Shown here: positions 46,782 to 55,751 of the stretch, piece by piece
Position numbering within the stretch: position 1 is the first letter of the stretch
How the letters are laid out: every line of letters begins with the position of its first letter
Assembly (NCBI GenBank): GCA_049325255.1
Contig: JBMOMW010000057.1
Span: forward strand, 3,804 to 67,803
From: Pseudomonadota bacterium
GTDB taxonomy: Bacteria > Pseudomonadota > Alphaproteobacteria > UBA11222
DNA length: 64,000 bases
Reading direction: 5' to 3'
Position numbers and translations under genes: made by a program
The notes under the pieces: model-generated
The model's database searches: none
The model's input: only the letters and a program-made list of their open reading frames with translations
What the model was told of the DNA's origin: nothing

Positions 46782-47455
46782 CAGGAAATCCCCTTGCCTG
46801 GGCGCAAATGCGCGAGGAACCAGTCGCGAGCCAGTTCTATGACCTGCTCGAGCGCGCCCTGTTCCTCGAACAGATGGGTGGCGCCCGGCACAATCTCAAG
46901 CGCTTTGGCGCAACGCAGCTCTGCGAGAGCCGCCTGATTGAGAGAAAGCACCTCGAAATCTTGCCCGCCGGCAATGAGTAAAGTGGGCGCCGTGACGCGC
47001 CGCAACGCTGTGCCGGCAAGATCGGGCCGGCCGCCACGCGAGACCACCGCGCGAAACATGTCCGGTGCGCGCGCCGCCGTGACAAGCGCCGCCGCCGCGC
47101 CGGTGCTCGCGCCGAAAAGACCCAGGGGCAGGGCTGCCGCCGAAGGCTGTGTCACGACCCATTCGGCCGCCATTGACAACCGCCCGGCCAGCAGTTCGAT
47201 ATCGAACACATGCGAACGGCTGGCCGCTTCCTCCTCGCTCAGAAGATCAAAAAGCAACGTGCCGAAACCTGCCTCCCGCAGGGCGTTGGCGACGTGCATA
47301 TTGCGCGGGCTGAGCCTGCTGCTGCCGCTGCCATGGGCAAACAGGACAAGGCCATGCGCGGCCCTGGGGATATCAAGCGTACCCGGCAGCCCAAGCGGCG
47401 GTAACCGAACTTCCTCAAGCGTTGCGGATTGCATGGATTTACCCGACATAGGCAC
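46781..47455 (-). CDS. alpha/beta hydrolase (dienelactone hydrolase family)
   Basis: GLVLFAHGSGSS and the nucleophile elbow GLFGASTGAAAAL. Start/stop overlap with the PRTase gene. Confidence 0.7.
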   Translation of the reverse strand: MPMSGKSMQSATLEEVRLPPLGLPGTLDIPRAAHGLVLFAHGSGSSRLSPRNMHVANALREAGFGTLLFDLLSEEEAASRSHVFDIELLAGRLSMAAEWVVTQPSAAALPLGLFGASTGAAAALVTAARAPDMFRAVVSRGGRPDLAGTALRRVTAPTLLIAGGQDFEVLSLNQAALAELRCAKALEIVPGATHLFEEQGALEQVIELARDWFLAHLRPGKGIS

Positions 47456-47499
47456 TTTTTATCCTTAGATATGTAGCGCATCAGGCGCAATGCACTGGC

Positions 47500-49122
47500 C
47501 TACATCTGCATTTCTGCGCCCGGCATGTGCGCCCTCTCAGGCTCTGGAATTTCGGTCATGGTCGCCTCGGTCAGCAGCAAAATACCTGCCACGGATACGG
47601 CGTTTTCAAGGCCGATACGCACGACCTTGGTTGGATCAATAATGCCGGCTTCCACCAGATCGACATATTCTTTCCGCCCGGCGTCAAAACCGTAATTGCC
47701 CTTGCCTTCGAGCATACGGGCGACCACCACGCCGCCGTCCACCGCCGAGTTTTCGGCAATCTGGCGTGTTGGCGCCTCAAGCGCGCGTTTGACGATGAGG
47801 ACGCCGGTCCGTTCATCGCCTTCGCATTTCGCCTCCTCCTGCGCCACGGCCGCGATGCAGCGCAGCAGCGCCAAACCGCCGCCGGGTACAATGCCCTCCG
47901 CGACCGCAGCCTTGGTGGCGTTGATGGCGTCGTCGAGCGCCTCTTTTTTGGATTTCATTTCCGCTTCCGAAGGCGCGCCGACACGGATCACGGCGACGCC
48001 CCCGGAGAGCTTCGCCAGGCGCTCCTGCAGTTTTTCTTTGTCGTAATCGCTGGTGGTCTTTTCGATTTCGCGGCGGATTTGTTCAACGCGGCCGTCGATT
48101 TGTGCACGATCACCGCCGCCGCCGATAACCGTGGTATTATCCTTGTCGATGACAACGCGCTTGGCGCGCCCGAGCTGCTCAAGCGTCATATGCTCAAGCT
48201 TCAGGCCCAGCTCCTCGGAAATCACCTGTCCGCCTGTTAGAACTGCAATGTCCTGCAGCATCGCCTTGCGGCGGTCGCCAAATCCCGGGGCCTTGACGGC
48301 GCAGCATTTCAGCACACCGCGGATCTGGTTGACGATGAGCGTGGCGAGCGCCTCGCCCTCAACTTCCTCCGCAATCACCAGCAGGGTTTTCCCGGCCTTT
48401 ACGACTTGTTCGAGCAAAGGGATCATGTCGTTGAGGACGCTGATCTTGCGATCAGACAGCAGGATCAGGCAATTTTCCAGCACCGCCTCCATCTTTTCCG
48501 GATTGGTGATGAAATAGGGTGACTGAAAGCCCCGGTCGAACCGCATGCCTTCAACAACATCAAGCGCTGTTTCCGTCGTCTTGGATTCCTCGACCGTAAT
48601 CACCCCGTCGTTTCCGACCTTGTCCATCGCCTCCGCGATAAGCTCGCCGATGGCGGGATCATTGTGCGCGGAGATCGCGGCGACCTGCGCCTTCTCCTTG
48701 CGTGTCGCCACCGGCCGCGATAAGGCCCGCAACGCTTCTATCGCGGCCCTGGCGCCCCGATCCAGACCGCGCCTGATATCGATTGCGCTGGCGCCCGCGA
48801 CAACATTGCGGATGCCATCGGCCAGTATTGCGTGCGCCAGGATGGTTGCGGTGCTGGTGCCGTCGCCAACCATCTCGCCGGTCTTTTCCGCCGCCTGGCG
48901 CAGCATCCGGGCGCCCAGATTCTCTTCCGGATCTTTGAGATCGAATTCCTTGGCGATGGTGACGCCGTCGTTACAGACGATGGGCGCGCCCCACTTTTTT
49001 TCGATCAATACCGATTTCGATCGCGGCCCCAGCGTTACGCGGACTGCGTCAGCAAGCTGCGCAGCGCCACGCAGTATTTTTTCGCGGGCTGCGGATCGGA
49101 AAAAAACCTGTTTATGCGCCAT
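47500..49122 (-). CDS. groL: chaperonin GroEL paralog (no adjacent groES; C-terminus lacks the GGM repeat)
   Basis: Full-length Cpn60 similarity ([35 protein letters not shown]). Ends ...[18 protein letters not shown]. No co-chaperonin ORF upstream. Confidence 0.9.
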   Translation of the reverse strand: MAHKQVFFRSAAREKILRGAAQLADAVRVTLGPRSKSVLIEKKWGAPIVCNDGVTIAKEFDLKDPEENLGARMLRQAAEKTGEMVGDGTSTATILAHAILADGIRNVVAGASAIDIRRGLDRGARAAIEALRALSRPVATRKEKAQVAAISAHNDPAIGELIAEAMDKVGNDGVITVEESKTTETALDVVEGMRFDRGFQSPYFITNPEKMEAVLENCLILLSDRKISVLNDMIPLLEQVVKAGKTLLVIAEEVEGEALATLIVNQIRGVLKCCAVKAPGFGDRRKAMLQDIAVLTGGQVISEELGLKLEHMTLEQLGRAKRVVIDKDNTTVIGGGGDRAQIDGRVEQIRREIEKTTSDYDKEKLQERLAKLSGGVAVIRVGAPSEAEMKSKKEALDDAINATKAAVAEGIVPGGGLALLRCIAAVAQEEAKCEGDERTGVLIVKRALEAPTRQIAENSAVDGGVVVARMLEGKGNYGFDAGRKEYVDLVEAGIIDPTKVVRIGLENAVSVAGILLLTEATMTEIPEPERAHMPGAEMQM

Positions 49123-49209
49123 CCGTTATCTCCCTGAATTGTGGCGTGGCGGGCGATTTCGTCACAATGGAAATAAAGTATCGAAAAAAATCTGATATTG
49201 AATTGATTT

Positions 49210-49223
49210 CGGTCAAGGCAGAC
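49210..49223. promoter_or_regulatory. FixK/FNR-type box TTGATttcgGTCAA in the groEL/hsp20 divergent promoter
   Basis: TTGA-N6-TCAA core read directly between 49122 and 49277. Confidence 0.45.
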
Positions 49224-49276
49224 GCGGCTCGCAGTACTTAGTTTGTAATCCTAACCCCCTAACAGGAGAAACAGAC

Positions 49277-49807
49277 ATGACCGAACCGACATCCAAACTA
49301 CCTGTACTTACGGAGAAAAAATCATCCGGGCTGCAGACCTGGCATCCGATCGAGAGCCTGCGCCGTGAGGTCGACCGGATATTCGAAGATTTCGACCGGG
49401 ATTTCTGGCGCGCGCCTTTCCGCCGCTCGTTTCAGGACATCGAACCGGTGCTGCGGCGCGGGTTAAGCTGGGGCGCCAGTCCGGCTATTGACATTGTGGA
49501 CAAGAGCGAAGCCTATCAGGTCGTGGCGGAATTGCCCGGCATGGATGAAAAGAATGTTGAGGTAAAGCTGGTCAACGGCAGTCTGACCATCAAGGGCGAG
49601 AAGCGCGACGAGAAAGAGGAGAAGAAAAAGGATTACTATCTTCATGAGCGCAGCTTCGGCTCTTTTGAACGCAGCTTCGCCCTGCCCGATGAAGTCGATG
49701 CCGACAAGATTGAAGCGAGCTTCAGCAAAGGCGTGCTTACAGTGACCCTTCCCAAAAAGCCAGAAGCCGTGAAGCCCGAGAAAAAGATCGAGGTCAAGGC
49801 TGCCTGA
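49277..49807 (+). CDS. Hsp20/alpha-crystallin family small heat-shock protein
   Basis: Alpha-crystallin domain (AIDIVDKSEAYQVVAELPGMDEKNVEVKL...GVLTVTLPK). Confidence 0.9.
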   Translation: MTEPTSKLPVLTEKKSSGLQTWHPIESLRREVDRIFEDFDRDFWRAPFRRSFQDIEPVLRRGLSWGASPAIDIVDKSEAYQVVAELPGMDEKNVEVKLVNGSLTIKGEKRDEKEEKKKDYYLHERSFGSFERSFALPDEVDADKIEASFSKGVLTVTLPKKPEAVKPEKKIEVKAA

Positions 49808-50005
49808 ATCGCCGCATGGAAAACAATGGTCAGCGCGGCTTTGATTCGGCCTTTCGCCGATTGATGCTGCGCTGGCGCAATTAATAGTTTATCCCTCAGC
49901 GGCATCATGGTGGTTTTCAGCCAGCCTTAAATATGCGTGGCGCATTTACCGCCAGCGGCGGGCCGGCGGCAAAGCGCCGGACATTCTGTCGTATAGGGCT
50001 GCATA

Positions 50006-51622
50006 ATGCGATCTGTTCGCGTGTTGATTTTGGCGCTTTTTGCCGTTCTTGTCGCGCCGATGCCGGCCCATGCGGACGAGGATCCGGTGGCGCGTGACAC
50101 GCGCGCGCTTATCAGTGGCGTCATCGCAATCCCGCATGATATCTCGCCCGTGCATACAGATATGGCCCGGAGGTTATACGCCGAACGGCAGGGGGCGTCC
50201 CTGTGGCGGACGGATCGTGGCTGGCAGGACAAAGCCGTTATGGCGCAAAATGTCCTGGCAAATGCAGGCAAGGAGGGGCTGCGCCCCGGCGATTATGCCG
50301 CCGGGCTGCGCGCATTGCCACCCGCCAATGCCCCGGCGCGCCAGGTTGCTGAAGCTGATGTGCTGCTGTCGGTTGCTTTGCTGCGGTATATTGCAGATAT
50401 CCGTAATGGCCGGCGCAGGCCCTATGAGATCGATCCGGAACTGCAGATCACGCCAGCTTTTACCGATCCGCTTGAGACCCTGCGTGAGGGACTAAAGGCC
50501 CCTGACTTTGCCGCCTGGCTAAGGGGGCTGGCGCCATCCACGCACGGCTATACACAGTTGCGCGATGCACTGGCGCGGATGCGGTCGTTGGCAGGAACCG
50601 GCGCATGGCCAAAATTACCGGATGGACCCAAACTGGAAAAGGGGCAACAGGCGCCCGTCATCGTGACACTGCGGCGGCAGTTGACGCTGCTTGGCGATCT
50701 GCACGGGGGCCTGCCCAACAATGATCAATTCGACGCTGCACTTGATCTTGCGGTCAAAGCGTTTCAGGCGCGGCACGGTCTGAATGTGGACGGCGTGGCG
50801 GGCCGGGACACACGGCGCGCGCTTAATCTTGGCCCGGCGGAGCGCGTCAAACAGATCATACTCAATATGGAGCGGTTGCGCTGGCTTGATGATAATTTCG
50901 GACCGCGATATGTGCTGGTCAATATTGCCAGCTTCGAGTTAATTGCGGTAAACCAAAATAAAATTATCCTGCGCAGTCCGGTCGTCGTTGGACGAGAATA
51001 TCGCCGGACCCCGATATTCAGTGATCAGATTATCAACCTTGTGCTGTCGCCTAGCTGGACGCCGCCGCCAAGACTTGCGAAACTGGATGTATTGCCAAAG
51101 GTTAAAGCCAACCCCGCCTATCTCAGGGAGCAGGGGTTTCGCGTCTTTGATGGCTGGCGAGCGGACGCCAGGGAATTGAATGCCGGCACGATCAACTGGC
51201 GCGCCGTCACGGCAGGCAATTTACGCTTCCGTTTCCGGCAGGATCCTGGGCCGCTCAGCGCGTTGGGCGGGGTCCGTTTTTCACTGACCAATTCATTTGG
51301 CATTTACCTTCACGACACACCGCATAAGGAACTATTCGGCAAGCATAGCCGCACTTTCAGTTCCGGCTGCATCCGTGTTGCGAAGGCGGCGGAACTGGCG
51401 CTGTTTGCCTTGGACAATGATGTCAACTGGCCGGCCGCGCGTCTGGCGGATGCCATGATCAGCGCAAAAACCGAGGTGGTTAAACTCTCCAGGCCCCTGC
51501 CAGTTCACATTATTTACCGTACCGCATGGGTCGACGGTGCGGGCGCGTTGCAGTTCCGGGATGACATATATGGCCGCGACGCCTTGCTGCGTAACGCATT
51601 AAAACTTGACGCGCCAGAGTAA
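50006..51622 (+). CDS. L,D-transpeptidase family protein with peptidoglycan-binding domain (YcbB/LdtD-like)
   Basis: Signal peptide, PG_binding_1-like segment (LDLAVKAFQARHGLNVDGVAG), and YkuD catalytic motif HDTPHKELFGKHSRTFSSGCIRV. Confidence 0.75.
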   Translation: MRSVRVLILALFAVLVAPMPAHADEDPVARDTRALISGVIAIPHDISPVHTDMARRLYAERQGASLWRTDRGWQDKAVMAQNVLANAGKEGLRPGDYAAGLRALPPANAPARQVAEADVLLSVALLRYIADIRNGRRRPYEIDPELQITPAFTDPLETLREGLKAPDFAAWLRGLAPSTHGYTQLRDALARMRSLAGTGAWPKLPDGPKLEKGQQAPVIVTLRRQLTLLGDLHGGLPNNDQFDAALDLAVKAFQARHGLNVDGVAGRDTRRALNLGPAERVKQIILNMERLRWLDDNFGPRYVLVNIASFELIAVNQNKIILRSPVVVGREYRRTPIFSDQIINLVLSPSWTPPPRLAKLDVLPKVKANPAYLREQGFRVFDGWRADARELNAGTINWRAVTAGNLRFRFRQDPGPLSALGGVRFSLTNSFGIYLHDTPHKELFGKHSRTFSSGCIRVAKAAELALFALDNDVNWPAARLADAMISAKTEVVKLSRPLPVHIIYRTAWVDGAGALQFRDDIYGRDALLRNALKLDAPE

Positions 51623-51691
51623 CTTCTTGTTAAAAGGCGTCCTGGATAATGATCTGCGCCGGATAATCTGTTAACCAGTTTCAGGGAATGC

Positions 51692-52273
51692 ATGCAGGGA
51701 ACAAGAAAGAATCAATCGCCGGGCCAGGCTTTGCCCCTTAATCGCCGCAGCCTGTTAAGGCTTGGCGGCGCCTGTGCGTTCAGCCTTCTGTCCGTGCGCG
51801 CCTTTGCCTATGGTGACGCCCCGGCGCAAGCCAAAACGCTTTCTTTCTATAATTTGCACACCGGTGAAAAACTGCGTACGGAATTTTTCGCTGAAGGAAA
51901 ATTCATCCCCGAGGCGCTGGGGCAGATCAACCATGTGCTGCGCGACCATCGCACCAATGAAATCAGCCGGATCGATCCTGAATTGCTGGACCTGCTATAT
52001 GCGCTACAGCGCAGGATCGAGACCAGCGAAACCTTCCATGTGATCTCCGGCTACCGCTCGCCTGCAAGCAATGCAAGCCTGCGCGCCCATGGCAGCGGCG
52101 TCGCCAATCGCAGCCTGCATATGAGCGGCAAGGCCATCGACATCGCGCTACCCGGCTGCAAGCTGGCCGATCTGCGCCACGCCGCGCTCAGCCTGCGTGC
52201 GGGGGGCGTCGGCTATTACCCGGCTTCGGGCTTTGTCCATGTTGACACCGGACGGGTCAGGCAGTGGTCGTAG
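51692..52273 (+). CDS. DUF882 (YcbK-like, M15-peptidase-like) Tat-secreted protein
   Basis: Tat motif RRSLLRLGGA. Conserved HxxGxAxD-type segment (LHMSGKAIDIALPG). Classic ycbB-ycbK adjacency. Confidence 0.7.
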   Translation: MQGTRKNQSPGQALPLNRRSLLRLGGACAFSLLSVRAFAYGDAPAQAKTLSFYNLHTGEKLRTEFFAEGKFIPEALGQINHVLRDHRTNEISRIDPELLDLLYALQRRIETSETFHVISGYRSPASNASLRAHGSGVANRSLHMSGKAIDIALPGCKLADLRHAALSLRAGGVGYYPASGFVHVDTGRVRQWS

Positions 52274-52358
52274 GGGCATGGATAACCGCGTGCGCTGCGC
52301 TTGAAGCAGCTTCGTGAGCCGCGCATGCAGGCAGGGCCGACGCGGCAGCCTCCGCTTA

Positions 52359-52396
52359 GCTGCTCGCTTGTCTCGGCGCTGCTCGCTTGTCTCGGC
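52359..52396. repeat. tandem duplication of a 19-nt unit (GCTGCTCGCTTGTCTCGGC x2) about 40 nt from the tRNA-Ala 3' end
   Basis: Read directly from the sequence. Confidence 0.4.
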
Positions 52397-52432
52397 AATG
52401 GCTTGCCGAGCCGTAGCTCGCAGAGCGTAGGC

Positions 52433-52508
<76 letters not shown>

Positions 52509-52663
52509 GTGCCAATTTGCCCCGCCGGGCGCGTCTTGCGCCAAACAGGGGTCAGGGAAGGTTTTGTAGGGTCGGCGGCGTCTTATGTCAAGCTGTTCGG
52601 CCCTTGCATGATGGGCCGGGCGCGGGTACATGTTGACAGAACAACCGGCAGAACAAGGCGCAC

Positions 52664-52955
52664 CATGCAAGCAGTTTTCTGGCTAATCAACGAACTTTTG
52701 AACCTGTACTGGTGGGTAATCATCATCGGGGCGGTTTTAAGCTGGCTGGTGGCCTTTGAAGTCATCAATACCCGCAACCGTTTTGTCGCTATGGCGCTGG
52801 ACTTTACCTACCGCCTGACGGAACCGGCCCTGCGCCCGATTCGCCGTATCCTGCCCGATCTTGGGGGCATCGACATATCGCCGGTGCTGCTGCTGCTGGG
52901 GATCATGTTTTTGCAGAAACTGCTGTATGATCTGGCTCGAATGATGCTCACCTGA
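52664..52955 (+). CDS. yggT: YggT family membrane protein
   Basis: WLINELLNLYWWVIIIGAVLSW and the second helix are typical of YggT/Ycf19. Confidence 0.7.
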
Positions 52956-52967
52956 TCTGAGTGTCCG

Positions 52968-53318
52968 TTGCCGCCCGCTTCGCCTTTTTTGCCCGTCAGC
53001 AATGGCGTGCAGGTTTCCATCCGGCTCATCCCCAATGCAAGGCGAAATCTTGTCGAAGGGGTGGTTGAGCGGGCGGACGGGGCCGGGGCGCTCAGGGTGC
53101 GGGTCACAGCGGCGCCGGAAAAGGGCAATGCCAATGCCGCACTGCTTGATCTGCTGGCCACAGTCTGGGATGTGCCAAAATCGCATCTGAGCATCAAAAC
53201 GGGCGCGGCAAGCCGCAACAAGATCGTGCTGATCAAGGGTGATCCAGACAGACTGCTGGCGCATCTGGGCGCAGCATGGAAGGAGATGAGGGGTAATGAG
53301 CAAGGCGCGCATCATTGA
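52968..53318 (+). CDS. DUF167 (YggU) family protein
   Basis: [10 protein letters not shown]...[21 protein letters not shown] matches the DUF167 core. Usual partner of yggT. Confidence 0.6.
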   Translation: MPPASPFLPVSNGVQVSIRLIPNARRNLVEGVVERADGAGALRVRVTAAPEKGNANAALLDLLATVWDVPKSHLSIKTGAASRNKIVLIKGDPDRLLAHLGAAWKEMRGNEQGAHH

Positions 53319-54195
53319 CGGCAAAGCCTATGCGCAAGGTTTGCGCACCAATCTGGCGCGTGAGGTCGCGGCGCTGAAAAATTCGCACAATCTGACGCCC
53401 GGGCTTGGCGTCGTACTGGTAGGCGATGATCCCGCCAGCCAGATTTATGTGCGCAACAAGGGGGTGCAGGCAACCGAGGCAGGCATGCGCAGTTTTGAAA
53501 CCAGACTGCCTGCGGACGCTTCTCTTCAGGATGTGCTCGGCGCCGTGCGCGCATTTAACGACAATCCATCCGTACACGGATTTCTGGTGCAGTTGCCGCT
53601 GCCCAAACATCTGTCAGAATCCGAAGTGCTGGCCGCCATTGATCCCGCCAAGGACGCGGATGGCATACATCTGATCAATGCAGGGCTGCTGGCAAGCGGC
53701 CTTGATGGCCCGGCGCCCTGCACCCCGGTAGGTTGCGTTCTGCTGATCAAGGATGTGCGCGGGCCTGATTTGTCGGGGCTGGAAGCCGTGGTGATCGGGC
53801 GTTCCAATATTGTTGGCAAGCCTGTCGCGCAATTATTGCTGCGGGAAAACTGCACGGTTACCATTGCGCATTCGCGCACCCGTGACCTGGCCGGCGTGTG
53901 CCGCCGCGCGGATATTCTGATTGCGGCTGCGGGCCAGCCGGAACTGGTGCGCGGCGGCTGGATAAAACCCGGCGCCACGGTCATTGATGTGGGCGTGAAC
54001 CGGTTGCCAGCACCAGAAAAGGGTGCGGGCAAAACCCGGCTTGTGGGCGATGTAAACTTCGCCGAAGCGCTAGGGGTTGCAGACGCGATTACCCCCGTGC
54101 CGGGCGGTGTTGGCCCGATGACGATCGCCTGTCTGTTGCGTGCAACACTGATCGCGGCATGCCGGCAGAACGCGATACCGGTTCCGGAAATTTAG
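53296..54195 (+). CDS. folD: bifunctional methylenetetrahydrofolate dehydrogenase/cyclohydrolase
   Basis: FolD motifs ([36 protein letters not shown]). Confidence 0.9.
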   Translation: MSKARIIDGKAYAQGLRTNLAREVAALKNSHNLTPGLGVVLVGDDPASQIYVRNKGVQATEAGMRSFETRLPADASLQDVLGAVRAFNDNPSVHGFLVQLPLPKHLSESEVLAAIDPAKDADGIHLINAGLLASGLDGPAPCTPVGCVLLIKDVRGPDLSGLEAVVIGRSNIVGKPVAQLLLRENCTVTIAHSRTRDLAGVCRRADILIAAAGQPELVRGGWIKPGATVIDVGVNRLPAPEKGAGKTRLVGDVNFAEALGVADAITPVPGGVGPMTIACLLRATLIAACRQNAIPVPEI

Positions 54196-54220
54196 CGCTG
54201 CGAACAAAGGAACGCTGACG

Positions 54221-55435
54221 ATGCATGCAGGCCGGATCATATTACTGATCGTCAGCGTCCTGCTTGCAGGCTGCGATGCGCCTTCGCCATTGCGCGGTGA
54301 ATGCAATGGTGAAGATTTGAATACCGGCCTGCTTTATGCAGATTGTTCGCATGGCGGGCCTGGCGTTGCGCTACGCACGGACCGGCCCAGAGTTGGACTG
54401 CTGGACCGTGTCACAGTCTATCCGGTGCGCGGTGATTTTGATGGTCCCGTGCAGGGCGTTCGCCCGGACTATCTGTTTTACCCGGTTTCCGCCGAAGCAT
54501 TGGTCAATCGGGCCGTGGCGCGGGTGCGTGCGGGCTATTATCAGGGCGCAATCGAGGATCTGGATTCGGCGCTGAATTTCAATCCTGTGGCGGCGGATGC
54601 GTTTTACGCGCGCGGACGGCTTTACGTTCTGATCGGGCGTCCGCGTCAGGCGATCAGCGATCTGAACGAAGCCTGGCGATTAACCGGGGGGCGCAGTGAT
54701 ATTGCCTATCATCGCGCCAATGCCAACCGGCAGATCGGGCGGCTGCAAGCGGCGCTGAATGATTATGATTTTGTTCTGAAGCAGGAGCCGCTGCATGTGG
54801 GCGCCTATATCAACCGGGGCGCCGTGCGTCAGCTATTGGGATATTTGCCCGAAGCGCTTGCTGATTATGATACCGCATTAAAGTACCAGCCCGATAGCCG
54901 CGAAGCGCGGTTCGACCACAGCCTTGTCAATATCGCGAGGGGTAACTTTCCCGCTGCGCTGGCTGATCTTGATATGCTGGTGCGGCGCTTCCCGCTGGAT
55001 CTGGACCTCTACCGCAGCCGCGCTCTGGCGCATGCCCTGTCCGGGGATGTGGCGGCGGCGCATCGTGATTATGAACAGGTGCTGGCCGTATTCCCGGATG
55101 ATGCGGACGCCCTGATTGGCCGTGGCCGCCTGCATGCGGGGAGCAGCGACTACAAGGCGGCCGAAATTGATTTTAACCATGCCCTCAGGGCGCATCCGGG
55201 CCATGCGGAGGGCCTGTTGGCGCGCGGCCAGGCCTATGGGGCGCAGGGCCGCCTGGAGGAGGCGCTGCTCAATCTTGACGCCGCCATCCAGAATGCCCCG
55301 GGCAAGGCGGCGGCCTATGCCGCCCGCGCCGGATTATATCGCCAGATGGGGCAGATGGCGCGCGCCAGCGCAGACGAGGAAATGGCCGCAAAACTGCTTT
55401 CGCGTCCGGGATCGGCCGGGTTAAGCTGGCGATAA
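54221..55435 (+). CDS. TPR-repeat lipoprotein
   Basis: Lipobox LLAGC. Multiple 34-aa TPR-like repeats (AxxxYxxG...). Confidence 0.7.
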   Translation: MHAGRIILLIVSVLLAGCDAPSPLRGECNGEDLNTGLLYADCSHGGPGVALRTDRPRVGLLDRVTVYPVRGDFDGPVQGVRPDYLFYPVSAEALVNRAVARVRAGYYQGAIEDLDSALNFNPVAADAFYARGRLYVLIGRPRQAISDLNEAWRLTGGRSDIAYHRANANRQIGRLQAALNDYDFVLKQEPLHVGAYINRGAVRQLLGYLPEALADYDTALKYQPDSREARFDHSLVNIARGNFPAALADLDMLVRRFPLDLDLYRSRALAHALSGDVAAAHRDYEQVLAVFPDDADALIGRGRLHAGSSDYKAAEIDFNHALRAHPGHAEGLLARGQAYGAQGRLEEALLNLDAAIQNAPGKAAAYAARAGLYRQMGQMARASADEEMAAKLLSRPGSAGLSWR

Positions 55436-55513
55436 GCCTTTACTTGAATTTATCGCGCCTTGGGGATAAGTTGCGCGGCGCCTGAAACATCCGGTTTCAA
55501 TTTGCAGGTAAAT

Positions 55514-55590
55514 GCCGCCGTAGCTCAGTTGGTTAGAGCGCTTGATTGTGGATCAAGAGGCCCCTGGTTCGAATCCAGGCGGTGGTACCA
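55514..55590 (+). tRNA. tRNA-His (anticodon GTG), no encoded G-1 partner, A73, encoded CCA
   Basis: Manual fold gives acceptor GCCGCCG, D-arm GCUC-AGUUGGUUA-GAGC, anticodon stem CUUGA/UCAAG with loop UUGUGGA, T-arm CCUGG-UUCGAAU-CCAGG, then A-CCA. Confidence 0.85.
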
Positions 55591-55751
55591 TCGGTCGCGC
55601 CAACGCGGGCGCAGCAGGCCGGATCTCCCCGGAACAGGATCCCAAGCGGATATGCGCGATCAGGCCATTTGGCCGACGATGGGGCTTTTTATGCTTGACG
55701 CGGATCAAATTATATACGGAAGAGACCGGCTAAAATTTTATTATATATAGC

